Of a DNA stretch of 64,000 nucleotides, positions 1 through 9,517 are shown in pieces (positions within the stretch are counted from its first letter, which is position 1; the number at the start of each line of letters is the position of its first letter). The translations under genes and the position numbers were made by a program. The notes under the pieces are model-generated. The model was given only the letters and a program-made list of their open reading frames with translations. It was not told where the DNA came from and searched no databases. The stretch is taken from contig CAMJPQ010000002.1 in NCBI GenBank assembly GCA_946407745.1, positions 21,787-85,786 of the forward strand. Direction: 5' to 3'. The stretch is from an uncultured Clostridia bacterium (lineage in GTDB: Bacteria; Bacillota; Clostridia; Christensenellales; Aristaeellaceae).

Positions 1-1
1 G

Positions 2-130
2 CATCAGAAGGCTGTTGATGATTTCCTTGCGTTCGCGAAGATGACGGACAAAGGAACGATTCAGCTGGAGATGGATGAAGAGACAGCGTGGAGAGTCTGG
101 CTGGCGTTGACGCAGGTGTTTATTGTGTGA
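2..130 (+). CDS. C-terminal fragment (42 codons) of a phage-region ORF; 5' end outside window
   Basis: Open frame from the window edge to TGA at 128-130. No recognisable motif in the visible part. Confidence 0.3.
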   Translation, partial: HQKAVDDFLAFAKMTDKGTIQLEMDEETAWRVWLALTQVFIV

Positions 131-182
131 CCGCTGCTTGTGCGGCGAGCATATAGATTCTCTGGTAAGGGAGGGAAGACAG

Positions 183-509
183 ATGCCTGAGTGGATAACG
201 CAGTACTGGGTGGAATGGCTGTTCGGCATTATTGCCGCTGTACTGGCATACGGCTGGAAGTCGCTTTCCGGGAGGGTGGACGCGGAGAAAAAGAAAAACG
301 ATGCCGTCCGCCTCGGTGTGCAGGCGCTGCTGAGAGCGCAGATGATTACAGAATGGAATCACTACTCTGAGAAAGGGTACGCACCGATTTATGCGAAGGA
401 GAGCTTTGAAAACTGCTGGAAGCAGTACGAGAACCTCGGAGCCAACGGCGTGATGCAGAACATCCGAAAGAAGTTTATGGAGCTGCCTGAAAAGGAGGGA
501 ACGAAATGA
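183..509 (+). CDS. Phage lysis-cassette membrane protein (single N-terminal TM helix; holin-like or holin accessory)
   Basis: ATG at 183 follows GGGAGGG by 7 nt; the ORF-track start at 123 has no RBS. Hydrophobic WLFGIIAAVLAYGW segment followed by a charged tail. The stop overlaps the next start (ATGA at 506-509). Confidence 0.5.
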   Translation: MPEWITQYWVEWLFGIIAAVLAYGWKSLSGRVDAEKKKNDAVRLGVQALLRAQMITEWNHYSEKGYAPIYAKESFENCWKQYENLGANGVMQNIRKKFMELPEKEGTK

Positions 510-718
510 AGAATTTCAAGGTATGGATCAAGGCTGCCGGTATACGCGCCATCAAGACCGTAGCGCAGACAGCGATAGCGACCATCGGTACTTCCGCCGT
601 ATTCAGCGCGGTGGACTGGAGAATGGTTGCGTCTGCTTCCCTGCTGGCCGGTGTGCTGAGCCTTTTGACCAGCGTGGCCGGTCTGCCGGAAGTAAAGGAA
701 GAGCCCGTGATCGAGTGA
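506..718 (+). CDS. Small phage holin (r1t / Phage_holin_1-like)
   Basis: 70 aa. The pattern RAIKTVAQT...VDW...SLLTSVAG matches my memory of lactococcal r1t-type holins. AAAGGAGGGA RBS at 491-500. Confidence 0.65.
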   Translation: MKNFKVWIKAAGIRAIKTVAQTAIATIGTSAVFSAVDWRMVASASLLAGVLSLLTSVAGLPEVKEEPVIE

Positions 719-725
719 CGATATT

Positions 726-778
726 GCCCACTCAGCCCAAGCCCATGCAGCAAAGGCTGGGTGGGCTTTTCTTTTTTT
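726..778 (+). terminator. Rho-independent terminator after the holin genes
   Basis: GCCCACTCAGCC (726-737) pairs with GGCTGGGTGGGC (755-766) with one G:U pair, followed by TTTTCTTTTTTT. Confidence 0.6.
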
Positions 779-843
779 GGTGAGCGAAATCTCCCCTGTT
801 TTTTGTCACCGTTATAGGTGTAAGACGAAAGGAGGAGTCCGAA

Positions 844-1281
844 ATGGACAAGCTGAAAATTCTGATTCGTTACCATGCACCTGACATGCCGAAGATCGAG
901 AAGATCAAGGTGGGTGACTGGATTGACCTGCGGGCGGCAGAAGACGCGGAGATGAGGCAGGGCGAGTTCCGCATCATTTCCCTCGGTGTGTCAATGAAGC
1001 TGCCGGAGGGGTACGAGGCGCACATCGTGCCAAGGTCTTCCACCTTCAAGAACTTCCGGGTGATGCAGGCCAATTCCTACGGTGTGATCGACAACGCATA
1101 CTCCGGGGATGAGGACATCTGGGGCTTCCCTTGCTACGCGTTTGAAGACACGGTGATTCACAAGGGCGACAGGATATGCCAGTTCCGCATCGTGAAGCGG
1201 ATGGAGCCGGTGGAGTTTGAGACAGTGGAGCACATGCCTGACACGTCACGCGGCGGCTTCGGCTCGACGGGGATACAGTGA
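844..1281 (+). CDS. dut: dUTP diphosphatase (trimeric dUTPase), phage-borne
   Basis: 145 aa with the dUTPase motifs PRSS, GVIDNAYSGD, RICQ and a C-terminal RGGFGSTG. Confidence 0.85.
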   Translation: MDKLKILIRYHAPDMPKIEKIKVGDWIDLRAAEDAEMRQGEFRIISLGVSMKLPEGYEAHIVPRSSTFKNFRVMQANSYGVIDNAYSGDEDIWGFPCYAFEDTVIHKGDRICQFRIVKRMEPVEFETVEHMPDTSRGGFGSTGIQ

Positions 1282-1472
1282 GGAAAGCATGAGGCACATG
1301 ATCAACTGGTGGGCGGTATTCTGCGACGTGGTTGTTCTGGCGGTGCTGTTTGTGTTCGCCTGCATACCGGCGGGGATCATCTGCGGGATGCTCTCGCTGT
1401 TTCACTTTGTAGTTCCCTTCTGGGAACTGGCGCTGGCGGTGTTTGCGGTGAACATGGTGGTGATCACCTTAT

Positions 1473-2221
1473 ATGTTCCTCCCGCTCCAGGACGAAAATG
1501 GAAGCAGGCAGGCGCAGTGGTGGGAACGGGTTGGTCATTTGCCTGGAGAGCGCTCACTGCCACTTTTTATGGACTCCCCCAGAAACGTACACGAGACTAC
1601 TATCTTCTCTGTACTGGAAATGAACGTGCCAGACAAATACTATTTGACTGCGCAAGCAGTAAAAAACATCAGGAAAAGAGCCACAAAGAATGGAGATCCC
1701 TTTGCAGGGAAACTGGAGACGGCGACAACAAAGCTGATCTCCGCAGAGGAAGAGGGAAGAACGTCGACTTCTTCCGAAAGCTCTACGTAGACAAGTACTG
1801 CAGGAGTGAGGTGGCATCACCTCTGACGGAACACTTAGCCAAGGAGTTTTCCGACGTAGTGATTGACGAAGACCTGAGAATGCGGCGGCTGACACCGAGG
1901 GAATGCTTCCGGCTGCAGGGCTTCCCCGACTGGTGGACGGACAAGCTGGATGGCGGCGACATGAGTAGGTACAGGGCGGCGGCCAACGCTTCCCCCGTGC
2001 CATGCCTTGTGGACATACTGACGAAGATCAGGCTGGACGGCGAGAAGAGTATTCCTCAGTGGATTAAGCCCGAACAGGACGGCGGCATTGACTGCGACGA
2101 GGAGTTCGCGGAGTGCGGGATGTGCCACGCGGTTGTGTACCGTGGATGGAAGATGAAGTTCTGCCCGGAGTGCGGAGAGAGAATGGAAGTGAGTGACGGG
2201 AATGCGCCGGAGACGGTTTGA
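1473..2221 (+). pseudogene. Decayed DNA (cytosine-5)-methyltransferase (N-terminal motifs lost, at least two frameshifts) with a C-terminal CxxC..CxxC zinc ribbon
   Basis: Frame 2 has YGLPQKRTRDYYLL (motif VIII, QxRxR) at about 1570-1610. The TRD-like SVLEMNVPDKYYLTAQAVKNI is in frame 3 (about 1605-1670). RRLTPRECFRLQGFPDWW and ANASPVP (motifs IX/X) are back in frame 2 (about 1880-1995). No FxGxG or PCQ motif is intact. Confidence 0.6.
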
Positions 2222-2504
2222 TGTATACGCTGTATTTTGTGCCCTGCTTACCTTTCTCTGTGCGGCAGTCATTTGCGCCGCCCTATATATAAATGCCAGC
2301 AACCGGCTGGATGAGGGTGAGCTGGCCGGGAAGAGGCAGACTCCGACCCGGCTGAAAACAGTGGAGCGTGATGGCAAGGCGGCGCCCATTATGATGCCGG
2401 TGGTATACGAATTTATTGTGGTGAACGGCGAGAAGACGGACAGGTGGATTGTGACGGTGGATGAGTATGACAGGCACGAGATTGGAGACACGGTAACGAG
2501 ATAA
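2193..2504 (+). CDS. Small membrane-anchored hypothetical protein (prophage cargo)
   Basis: 103 aa. One N-terminal TM segment (VYAVFCALLTFLCAAVICAALYI), then a soluble beta-rich-looking domain. GTG at 2193 or ATG at 2202. Confidence 0.4.
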   Translation: MTGMRRRRFDVYAVFCALLTFLCAAVICAALYINASNRLDEGELAGKRQTPTRLKTVERDGKAAPIMMPVVYEFIVVNGEKTDRWIVTVDEYDRHEIGDTVTR

Positions 2505-2520
2505 CGAAAAATCCACTTTA

Positions 2521-2549
2521 TTGACACCCTTATTCAGCCGCATTATAAT
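2521..2549 (+). promoter_or_regulatory. Consensus sigma-70/SigA promoter upstream of the integrase
   Basis: TTGACA (2521-2526), 17-nt spacer, TATAAT (2544-2549). Confidence 0.5.
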
Positions 2550-2567
2550 GATGGTGCTGAATAAGGG
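2527..2567. promoter_or_regulatory. Perfect 12-bp inverted repeat bracketing the integrase -10 element (operator-like)
   Basis: CCCTTATTCAGC (2527-2538) and GCTGAATAAGGG (2556-2567), exact reverse complements separated by 17 nt. Confidence 0.45.
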
Positions 2568-2586
2568 TTACTTTCGAGGTGATGTA

Positions 2587-3591
2587 ATGAGCCGAAAGGA
2601 AACCCCTATACAGAATTTGAACCTTGACAAGTTTACAGGGCGTGAGCACAAAGGAGAGAAAGAAATGTATTCTTCAATGCCGCTCACAGACTATATCACA
2701 AAATGGATGGAAACCTTCAAGTCTGGTTCCGTGAAACCGGCGACCTATGCCAGACTGGAGACATCGCTGACAGCCATTCAGCCCTACTCCATATCGCAGA
2801 TGCAGATCAAGGACATCACGGCCTTTGACATATAGCGGTATGTGAACGAGCTGACACAGTATGGCTATAGCCTCACAACGATCAAAAAACAATTGCGCAT
2901 TGTAACAGCTCCTCTGAAACAGGCGGCAGCAATGCATTTCATTACCGCAGATCCTTCCATCGGTGTCAGGCTCCCCTCTCAGGACAAGGTGAAAAAGCCA
3001 AAGAAGGAAACAATGCCCTATACCGAGGAAGAGCAGGATCGCCTTTGGGACACGATACTGTCGTCGAAGAAGCCAGGAGTGCTGGCCATCGGACTGATGA
3101 TGGAGACGGGGCTGAGGGCAGGAGAAGTGCTCGCACTGAAGTGGAAGTGTGTGAATACAGACAGGGCGAGGCTGAGCGTTGAGGCGACCATCCTGAACAT
3201 GGCAGACAAAAAGAGGTCAGTGTTCCAGAACAGCCCTAAGACACATTCGAGCCGCCGTGTGGTACCGCTGACCCCGAAGGCAATAAAAGTTTTACAAATG
3301 TTAAGAGAACTGTCCGACACAGAATGGGTTGTGCCGGACGGAAAAGGCAGTTACCTGAGTTACGAAGCACTGCGCTACCAGACTCAACAGGCGTGCAAAC
3401 TAGCCAATGTTGAGTACAGAGGAGAGCATGTGTTCCGGCACACGTTCGCCACCAACTGCTATTACCGCGATGTTGACGTCAAGGTTTTGTCGAAGCTGCT
3501 AGATCACGCGGACGTGAACATCACTTACAACATCTATATCACCTTGCGAGGCGACGGATTTGAAGAGATGTATTCTGCCCTGAACGCATAA
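2587..3591 (+). pseudogene. Phage tyrosine integrase interrupted by an in-frame TAG at 2833-2835
   Basis: The N-terminal SAM-like domain (ORF 2521-2835) and the catalytic domain (ORF 2842-3591: ...GLRAGEVLALKW..., HVFRHTFAT, ...NITYNIY) are in the same frame. They are separated only by TAG (DITAFDI*RYVNEL). ATG at 2587 follows GAGGTGA. Confidence 0.75.
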
Positions 3592-3594
3592 AAA

Positions 3595-3620
3595 ACGACT
3601 TGTTCTCGCCAACAAGTCGT
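3595..3620. terminator. Bidirectional hairpin between the integrase and tRNA-Trp (stronger T-run on the minus strand)
   Basis: ACGACTTGTT (3595-3604) and AACAAGTCGT (3611-3620), a 10-bp perfect stem with a 6-nt loop, flanked by AAAAA on the left and TT on the right. Confidence 0.6.
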
Positions 3621-3641
3621 TTACCAGAAAATACATGCGAG

Positions 3642-3712
3642 CAGGGGCTGAAGGATTCGAACCCTCAACAAAGGTTTTGGAGACCCACGTGTTACCATTA
3701 CACCAAGCCCCT
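3642..3712 (-). tRNA. tRNA-Trp (anticodon CCA), CCA tail not encoded
   Basis: The reverse complement reads AGGGGCT-TG-GTGT-AATGGTA-ACAC-G-TGGGT-CTCCAAA-ACCTT-TGTT-GAGGG-TTCGAAT-CCTTC-AGCCCCT-G. It has a 7-bp acceptor stem, a GGTTCGAATCC T-arm and the anticodon loop CU-CCA-AA. Confidence 0.9.
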
Positions 3713-3723
3713 CTGCGGTATGT

Positions 3724-3752
3724 ATATTACCGCAGACTGCTCAAAAAGTCAA
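3724..3752 (-). promoter_or_regulatory. Candidate promoter for tRNA-Trp
   Basis: The minus strand reads TTGACT (3752-3747), 17-nt spacer, TAATAT (3729-3724). The -10 lies inside an 8-bp hairpin (3713-3735) that abuts the tRNA 5' end. Confidence 0.4.
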
Positions 3753-3790
3753 TACCCTTCTTTCAGCTTGTCCAACTTGCCGGAATGCAG

Positions 3791-5136
3791 TCATCCGTTT
3801 TGCTCAGAAAGGGATTTCCCGGCAATATAGTTGATAAACTGCTGCGCACAGCGCCCGCTGACCCCGCCGTGGCGCAGCTCCCATTTGTTTGCGAGCAGCA
3901 GCAGCTCTTCCTCCGACATGTGGATGCCGCTGGTGCGCCGGGCGATGGTCAAAACCATTTCGTTAAACAGGCGGCGGTCCGGTGTGTCATAGCGGATTGC
4001 ACAGCCAAAGCGCTCAGACAGGGAGAGCTTTTCCTCCATGGTATCACTGCGGTGAATGTCCCCGTCGTGCTCCATGTCGCTTCTGTCCTTCCACGTTTCC
4101 TTAATCAGGTGCCGCCGGTTGGACGTGGCACAGATCATAATGTTCTCCGGCCTTGTCTCCAGACCGCCCTCAATTACTGCCTTCAGATACTTGTATTCCA
4201 CCTCTCCCTCATCAAAGGAAAGATCGTCAATAAAGATGACAAAGCGATAGCGGCGAGCCTTGATCATTGAAATGAGCGGTGAAAGCAGATGGAACTGGTG
4301 CTTGTACAGCTCGATCACGCGCAGCCCACGCGGCCAGTACTCGTTCAGCACTGCCTTGACGGACGTGGACTTGCCTGTGCCGGCGTCGCCATAGAGCAGC
4401 GTATTGTTAAATGGGTAGCCGCCGACAAAGGCATCCATGTTTTCGCGCAGCTGTGCTTTCTGTGTTTCATAACCGATCAGGTCATCCAAAACAACACTGT
4501 CCAGGTTGTTGATGGGCAAAAGACGAAGCTTATTTTCTTGTTCGGCAACCCGGAACGCCCTGTACAGACCAAAGTCTCCCATTCCGTACAAGCGGAAATA
4601 CTCCGACAAAAGCGCCAGCACCTGCGGCGCACCGTCAGCTGAGGCAATACTCTCGGTCAGAGCGAGTATCTTCTCACTCACTGCGCGGTGATACACCAGT
4701 TCATTCTTCGGAATGGCATGGTAGCTGGTGACCAGACTGAAGCATCTGATACCAAGGTCGGCTTCAATGGCACTGAAATCAAAGTGGAACAGCCGGAGAA
4801 AGAGATCCATCTCATGGGTTGCAATGGCATTGATGGTGCCTCCGGCAGTGGCCCCCTGCTGTTCACAGGTCAGAGAAAAGCTGTTTGGATGGCTGACCAG
4901 CACGTAGGCCAGATAGCATTGCCACAGGTTTCGGTCAAACCCAAGCGTAGTGGACAGATCCAGCAGGCGCTTTGTCTGTGCATAAATACCGGCAACCAGT
5001 TCCTCTTCTGGCAGACTGTGGTTCTCCCACTGTGCAAAAATGCCGGACAGGCATGAAAGTATGCTGTCCGACGGAAGGTCACTGTAGAGGATCATTTGTG
5101 AAGTAAGGTGATGCATGAAGCCCTCCCGCGGCTGTT

Positions 5137-5140
<4 letters not shown>
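3791..5140 (-). CDS. DUF815-family AAA-type ATPase (function unknown)
   Basis: 449 aa. Walker A GDAGTGKST and FIDDLSF...YKYLKAVIEGG...ATSNRRHL, typical of the DUF815 family as I recall it. The GTG start overlaps the leuB stop (GTGA); internal ATG starts are possible. Confidence 0.65.
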
Positions 5141-6210
<1,070 letters not shown>

Positions 6211-6229
6211 TGCAGTTTCCTTTCCTGTT

Positions 6230-6721
6230 TCAGTCGTGAAGTTCGGCTTTCAGGTAGGGCAGCAGGCCGCCCTCATCCACAATCCGCTTGATAAAGGGCG
6301 GAAATGCCGCCGCCTGGAATTGCTTTCCAAGCGTCAGATCGGTGATAACACCGGTGTCAAAATCGACATCAATCTCGTCACCGGCACGTATTTCCTCCGC
6401 AGCCTGCGGGCATTCAAGGATCGGAAAGCCGATATTGATGCTGTTGCGGTAAAAAATACGCGCAAAGGAAGCAGCAATAACGCAGCGGATTCCGGTCGCC
6501 TGAATCGCCATCGGGGCATGCTCGCGTGAGGAGCCGCAGCCGAAGTTCCATCCACCGACCATGATGTCACCTGGCTGAACCTTATCCACGAAGGTTTTGT
6601 CAATGTCCTCCATGCAGTGCTTCGCCAGCTCAGCCGCGGAAGGTGAGTTGAGATAGCGCGCGGGGATAATTACATCAGTATCCACATTGTCAGGGTATTT
6701 GAAAGCGTGTCCGGCCGCCAT
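6230..6721 (-). CDS. leuD: 3-isopropylmalate dehydratase small subunit
   Basis: Contains [26 protein letters not shown] and [15 protein letters not shown] prefer the start at the internal ATG (MAAGHAF...) over the TTG at 6760. Confidence 0.85.
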   Translation of the reverse strand: MAAGHAFKYPDNVDTDVIIPARYLNSPSAAELAKHCMEDIDKTFVDKVQPGDIMVGGWNFGCGSSREHAPMAIQATGIRCVIAASFARIFYRNSINIGFPILECPQAAEEIRAGDEIDVDFDTGVITDLTLGKQFQAAAFPPFIKRIVDEGGLLPYLKAELHD

Positions 6722-6865
6722 AATGCAACAACCGCCTTTCTTTGTATCGCTTGCCGCCAAGGCGGCTCAGTCTGCCGCTTCATATTAACAGATTCAGTGA
6801 TGAAAAGCAAGAAAACGAATGTATTCTCGTTGTTCTTGTTTGCTTTGCATTTTTCGCCATAAAGC

Positions 6866-6894
6866 TTGCAATAAAAGCACTTTTGCGGTAAAAT
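6866..6894 (+). promoter_or_regulatory. Candidate gyrA promoter
   Basis: TTGCAA (6866-6871), 17-nt spacer, TAAAAT (6889-6894), in an AT-rich divergent region. Confidence 0.45.
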
Positions 6895-6950
6895 AAACGA
6901 TGTATATTGTATAGGAAGGATTCCTTTCACAATGAAAGGAGCAGCGCGAA

Positions 6951-9452
6951 ATGAGTGATATCAAAGACAGGCTGATTCCGGTGAATTTGGAAGAGGAAAT
7001 GAAAAAATCGTTCATTTCCTATGCAATGGCTGTGATCATCGACCGTGCCCTGCCGGATGTCCGCGACGGTCTCAAGCCGGTACACCGCCGCATTCTTTAC
7101 GACATGAATGAGCTGGGCATGACGCCTGACAAGCCTTACCGCAAGAGCGCCAGACTGGTCGGTGATGTGCTGGGCAAATTCCACCCCCACGGCGATTCCT
7201 CCGTTTATGACGCCATGGTGCGCCTTGCGCAGCCGTTTAATATTCGTTATACCCTGGTGGACGGCCAGGGCAATTACGGCTCTGTGGACGGCGACGGCGC
7301 GGCCGCCATGCGTTATACCGAAGCTCGTATGCAGAAGCTGACAATGCACATGCTGGATGGCATTGATCAGGACACAGTGGATTTTTATCCCAACTTTGAC
7401 GAGACACTGATGCAGCCCGCAGTGCTGCCGGCTCGCTTTCCCAACCTGCTTGTCAACGGCTCCAGCGGCATCGCGGTGGGCATGGCCACCAATATCCCCC
7501 CGCACAATCTGCGCGAGGTCATCGACGGCGTTGTCTGTATGATCGATAAGCCCGACTGTACGATCAATGACCTGATGGAGCACATCAAGGGGCCGGATTT
7601 TCCAACCGGCGGAATCATCCTCGGCCGGGCTGGCATTCGTGAAACCTATTTTACCGGACACGGCCGCATCACAGTGCGGGCCAAATCCACCATTGAAGAG
7701 ATCGGCGGCGGGCGCTCGCGCATTATCGTCACCGAGATTCCCTATCAGGTCAACAAAGCCGTGCTGGTCAAAAAGATCGCCGATCTGGTGCACGACAAGC
7801 AGCTGGAAGGCATCAGCGATATTCGCGATGAGAGCAATGACCGCGAGGGCATGCGCATTGTGATTGAGCTGAAGCGCGACGCCTATCCTCAGGTCATTCT
7901 GAATTATCTGTATCAGCATACCTCCATGCAGGAGAACTTCGGCGCGAATATGCTTGCGCTGGTGGACGGGAAACCCAGGGTGCTGAACCTGAGGGAAATG
8001 GTATATTACTACCTGATGCACCAGAAAGACGTTGTCACGCGGCGCACCCGTTTCTTGCTGGACAAGGCCAGAAAGCGCGCCCACATTTTGGAGGGACTGC
8101 TCAAGGCGCTGGATCATATCGACGAGATTGTGGAGCTGATCAAGCGCAGCCCGGACACTGCGACCGCCAAGGCGAACCTGATCGAACGCTTTGCCTTCTC
8201 CGATATACAGGCGCAGGCCATTCTGGATATGCGCCTCGCACGGCTGACAGGCCTTGAAAGGGACCGCCTGCAGGCTGAGTATGAAGAACTGGAGAAGAAC
8301 ATCGCCTATCTTGAATCGCTGCTGGCTGACGAGCAAAAGCTGATGGGCGTCATCAAAGAAGAAATCATCGCCATCCGCGACAAGTACGCAGATGAGCGCC
8401 GTACCGAGCTGTCTGTGGTCGACGGCGAAATCGATGTGGAGGACCTGATCGCCGAAGAAGATATGGTGGTGACCCTGACCCGTCAGGGCTATGTCAAGCG
8501 CGTCAGCGCCTCCACCTACCGCCAGCAGCGCAGGGGCGGCAAGGGCGTTTCCGGCATGACCGCCAAGGAGGACGATTACGCCGTGCAGCTGTGCGTGGTC
8601 AACACGCATCAGGAGATCATGTTCTTCACCAATAAGGGGCGTGTGTTTGGCCTGAAGTGCTACCGCATTCCCGAAGCGGGGCGCACTGCAAGGGGAACGG
8701 CCATTATCAACCTTCTGCAGATCAGCGCTGAGGAAAAGGTTTCCACCATGCTCCCGATGCCGCGCGATGATGAGCGAAAGTTCAACCTGGTCTTTGCCAC
8801 AGCCAGCGGCCTGGTGAAGAAGACCCCGCTGGAGGAATTTGCAAATCTCCGCAAAAACGGCCTGATTGCCATTGTGCTGCAGGAGAATGATGAGCTGATC
8901 GGCGTTCGCCTCTCCACGGGTGACGATGAACTGCTTCTGGGCAGCCGTGAGGGCATGTGCATCCGCTTCAGCGAGAATCACGTGCGGCCCATGGGACGTG
9001 TCAGCAGAGGCGTGCGCGCCATGAAGCTGGATGAGGACGACAGGATCATCGATATGGCGGTGATTGAGCCTGATTGTCATATTCTCGCCATCACAGAGCG
9101 CGGATATGGGAAGCGGACCAGTCCGGATGAGTTCCGCGAGCAGAGCCGCAACGGCAAGGGACTGCGGGTGCTCAAGCCCACCGAGAAGACCGGAAAGCTG
9201 GCGGCGCTGCTGCTGGTCCACCCGGAAGAAGACCTGATGCTCATCACGGACGATGGCACCATTATCCGCTCCGCGGTTGATTCGATCCGCATCACTGGCA
9301 GATATGCGGTTGGCGTGAAGATGATGAGGCTGAATGAAAGCAGCCGTATCATCGGTGTGGCCAGGGCGGAAAAGGAGGCAGACGAGCCTTCCGAAGCGGA
9401 TGAACAGACACCGGTGCAGGGCCAAGAGACGGTGGCAGACGCGCCGGACTGA
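6951..9452 (+). CDS. gyrA: DNA gyrase subunit A
   Basis: 833 aa. N-terminal [12 protein letters not shown], active-site region [10 protein letters not shown], GyrA-box QRRGGKGV and an acidic C-terminal tail. Confidence 0.95.
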   Translation: MSDIKDRLIPVNLEEEMKKSFISYAMAVIIDRALPDVRDGLKPVHRRILYDMNELGMTPDKPYRKSARLVGDVLGKFHPHGDSSVYDAMVRLAQPFNIRYTLVDGQGNYGSVDGDGAAAMRYTEARMQKLTMHMLDGIDQDTVDFYPNFDETLMQPAVLPARFPNLLVNGSSGIAVGMATNIPPHNLREVIDGVVCMIDKPDCTINDLMEHIKGPDFPTGGIILGRAGIRETYFTGHGRITVRAKSTIEEIGGGRSRIIVTEIPYQVNKAVLVKKIADLVHDKQLEGISDIRDESNDREGMRIVIELKRDAYPQVILNYLYQHTSMQENFGANMLALVDGKPRVLNLREMVYYYLMHQKDVVTRRTRFLLDKARKRAHILEGLLKALDHIDEIVELIKRSPDTATAKANLIERFAFSDIQAQAILDMRLARLTGLERDRLQAEYEELEKNIAYLESLLADEQKLMGVIKEEIIAIRDKYADERRTELSVVDGEIDVEDLIAEEDMVVTLTRQGYVKRVSASTYRQQRRGGKGVSGMTAKEDDYAVQLCVVNTHQEIMFFTNKGRVFGLKCYRIPEAGRTARGTAIINLLQISAEEKVSTMLPMPRDDERKFNLVFATASGLVKKTPLEEFANLRKNGLIAIVLQENDELIGVRLSTGDDELLLGSREGMCIRFSENHVRPMGRVSRGVRAMKLDEDDRIIDMAVIEPDCHILAITERGYGKRTSPDEFREQSRNGKGLRVLKPTEKTGKLAALLLVHPEEDLMLITDDGTIIRSAVDSIRITGRYAVGVKMMRLNESSRIIGVARAEKEADEPSEADEQTPVQGQETVADAPD

Positions 9453-9517
9453 GCACGTTTCACAGCGGGAGGGCTTGCCTCCCCTGTAAATAAACAAAAG
9501 GGATCGGAGGTCTTTCA

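Larger units (their letters stand above)
1..3641. mobile_element. Right-hand end of a prophage (probably defective) integrated against the 3' end of tRNA-Trp; left boundary lies outside the window
   Basis: Holin-type genes, dUTPase, C5-methyltransferase remnant and a tyrosine integrase. The integrase stop (3591) lies 50 nt from the 3' end of an opposite-strand tRNA (3642), the classic integrase/tRNA att arrangement. Confidence 0.6.

Noticed and set aside
1217-2221. Treating the 334-aa ORF as one intact gene
   Set aside because: The methyltransferase motifs are incomplete and out of order with respect to frame: the TRD is readable only in frame 3, and the motif IV/VI relics are in other frames. 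I annotated it as a decayed gene, although a co-opted truncated product cannot be excluded.
3600-4270. Plus-strand ORFs 3600-3830 and 3635-4270 running through the tRNA and into the DUF815 gene
   Set aside because: They overlap a well-formed tRNA-Trp and the opposite-strand ATPase gene. There is no RBS, so they are spurious.
6722-6950. Possible T-box or leucine leader peptide upstream of leuD
   Set aside because: I could not find the conserved T-box 14-mer, a specifier-loop context or a Leu-codon-rich mini-ORF. Only short GC hairpins are present, so it is left unannotated pending a covariance-model scan.
9460-9490. Hairpin GGGAGG-GCTTG-CCTCCC after gyrA, considered as a terminator
   Set aside because: It is not followed by a T-run, and hppA starts 30 nt later with its own RBS. 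It is more likely a weak structure within a gyrA-hppA transcript, so I did not call it.
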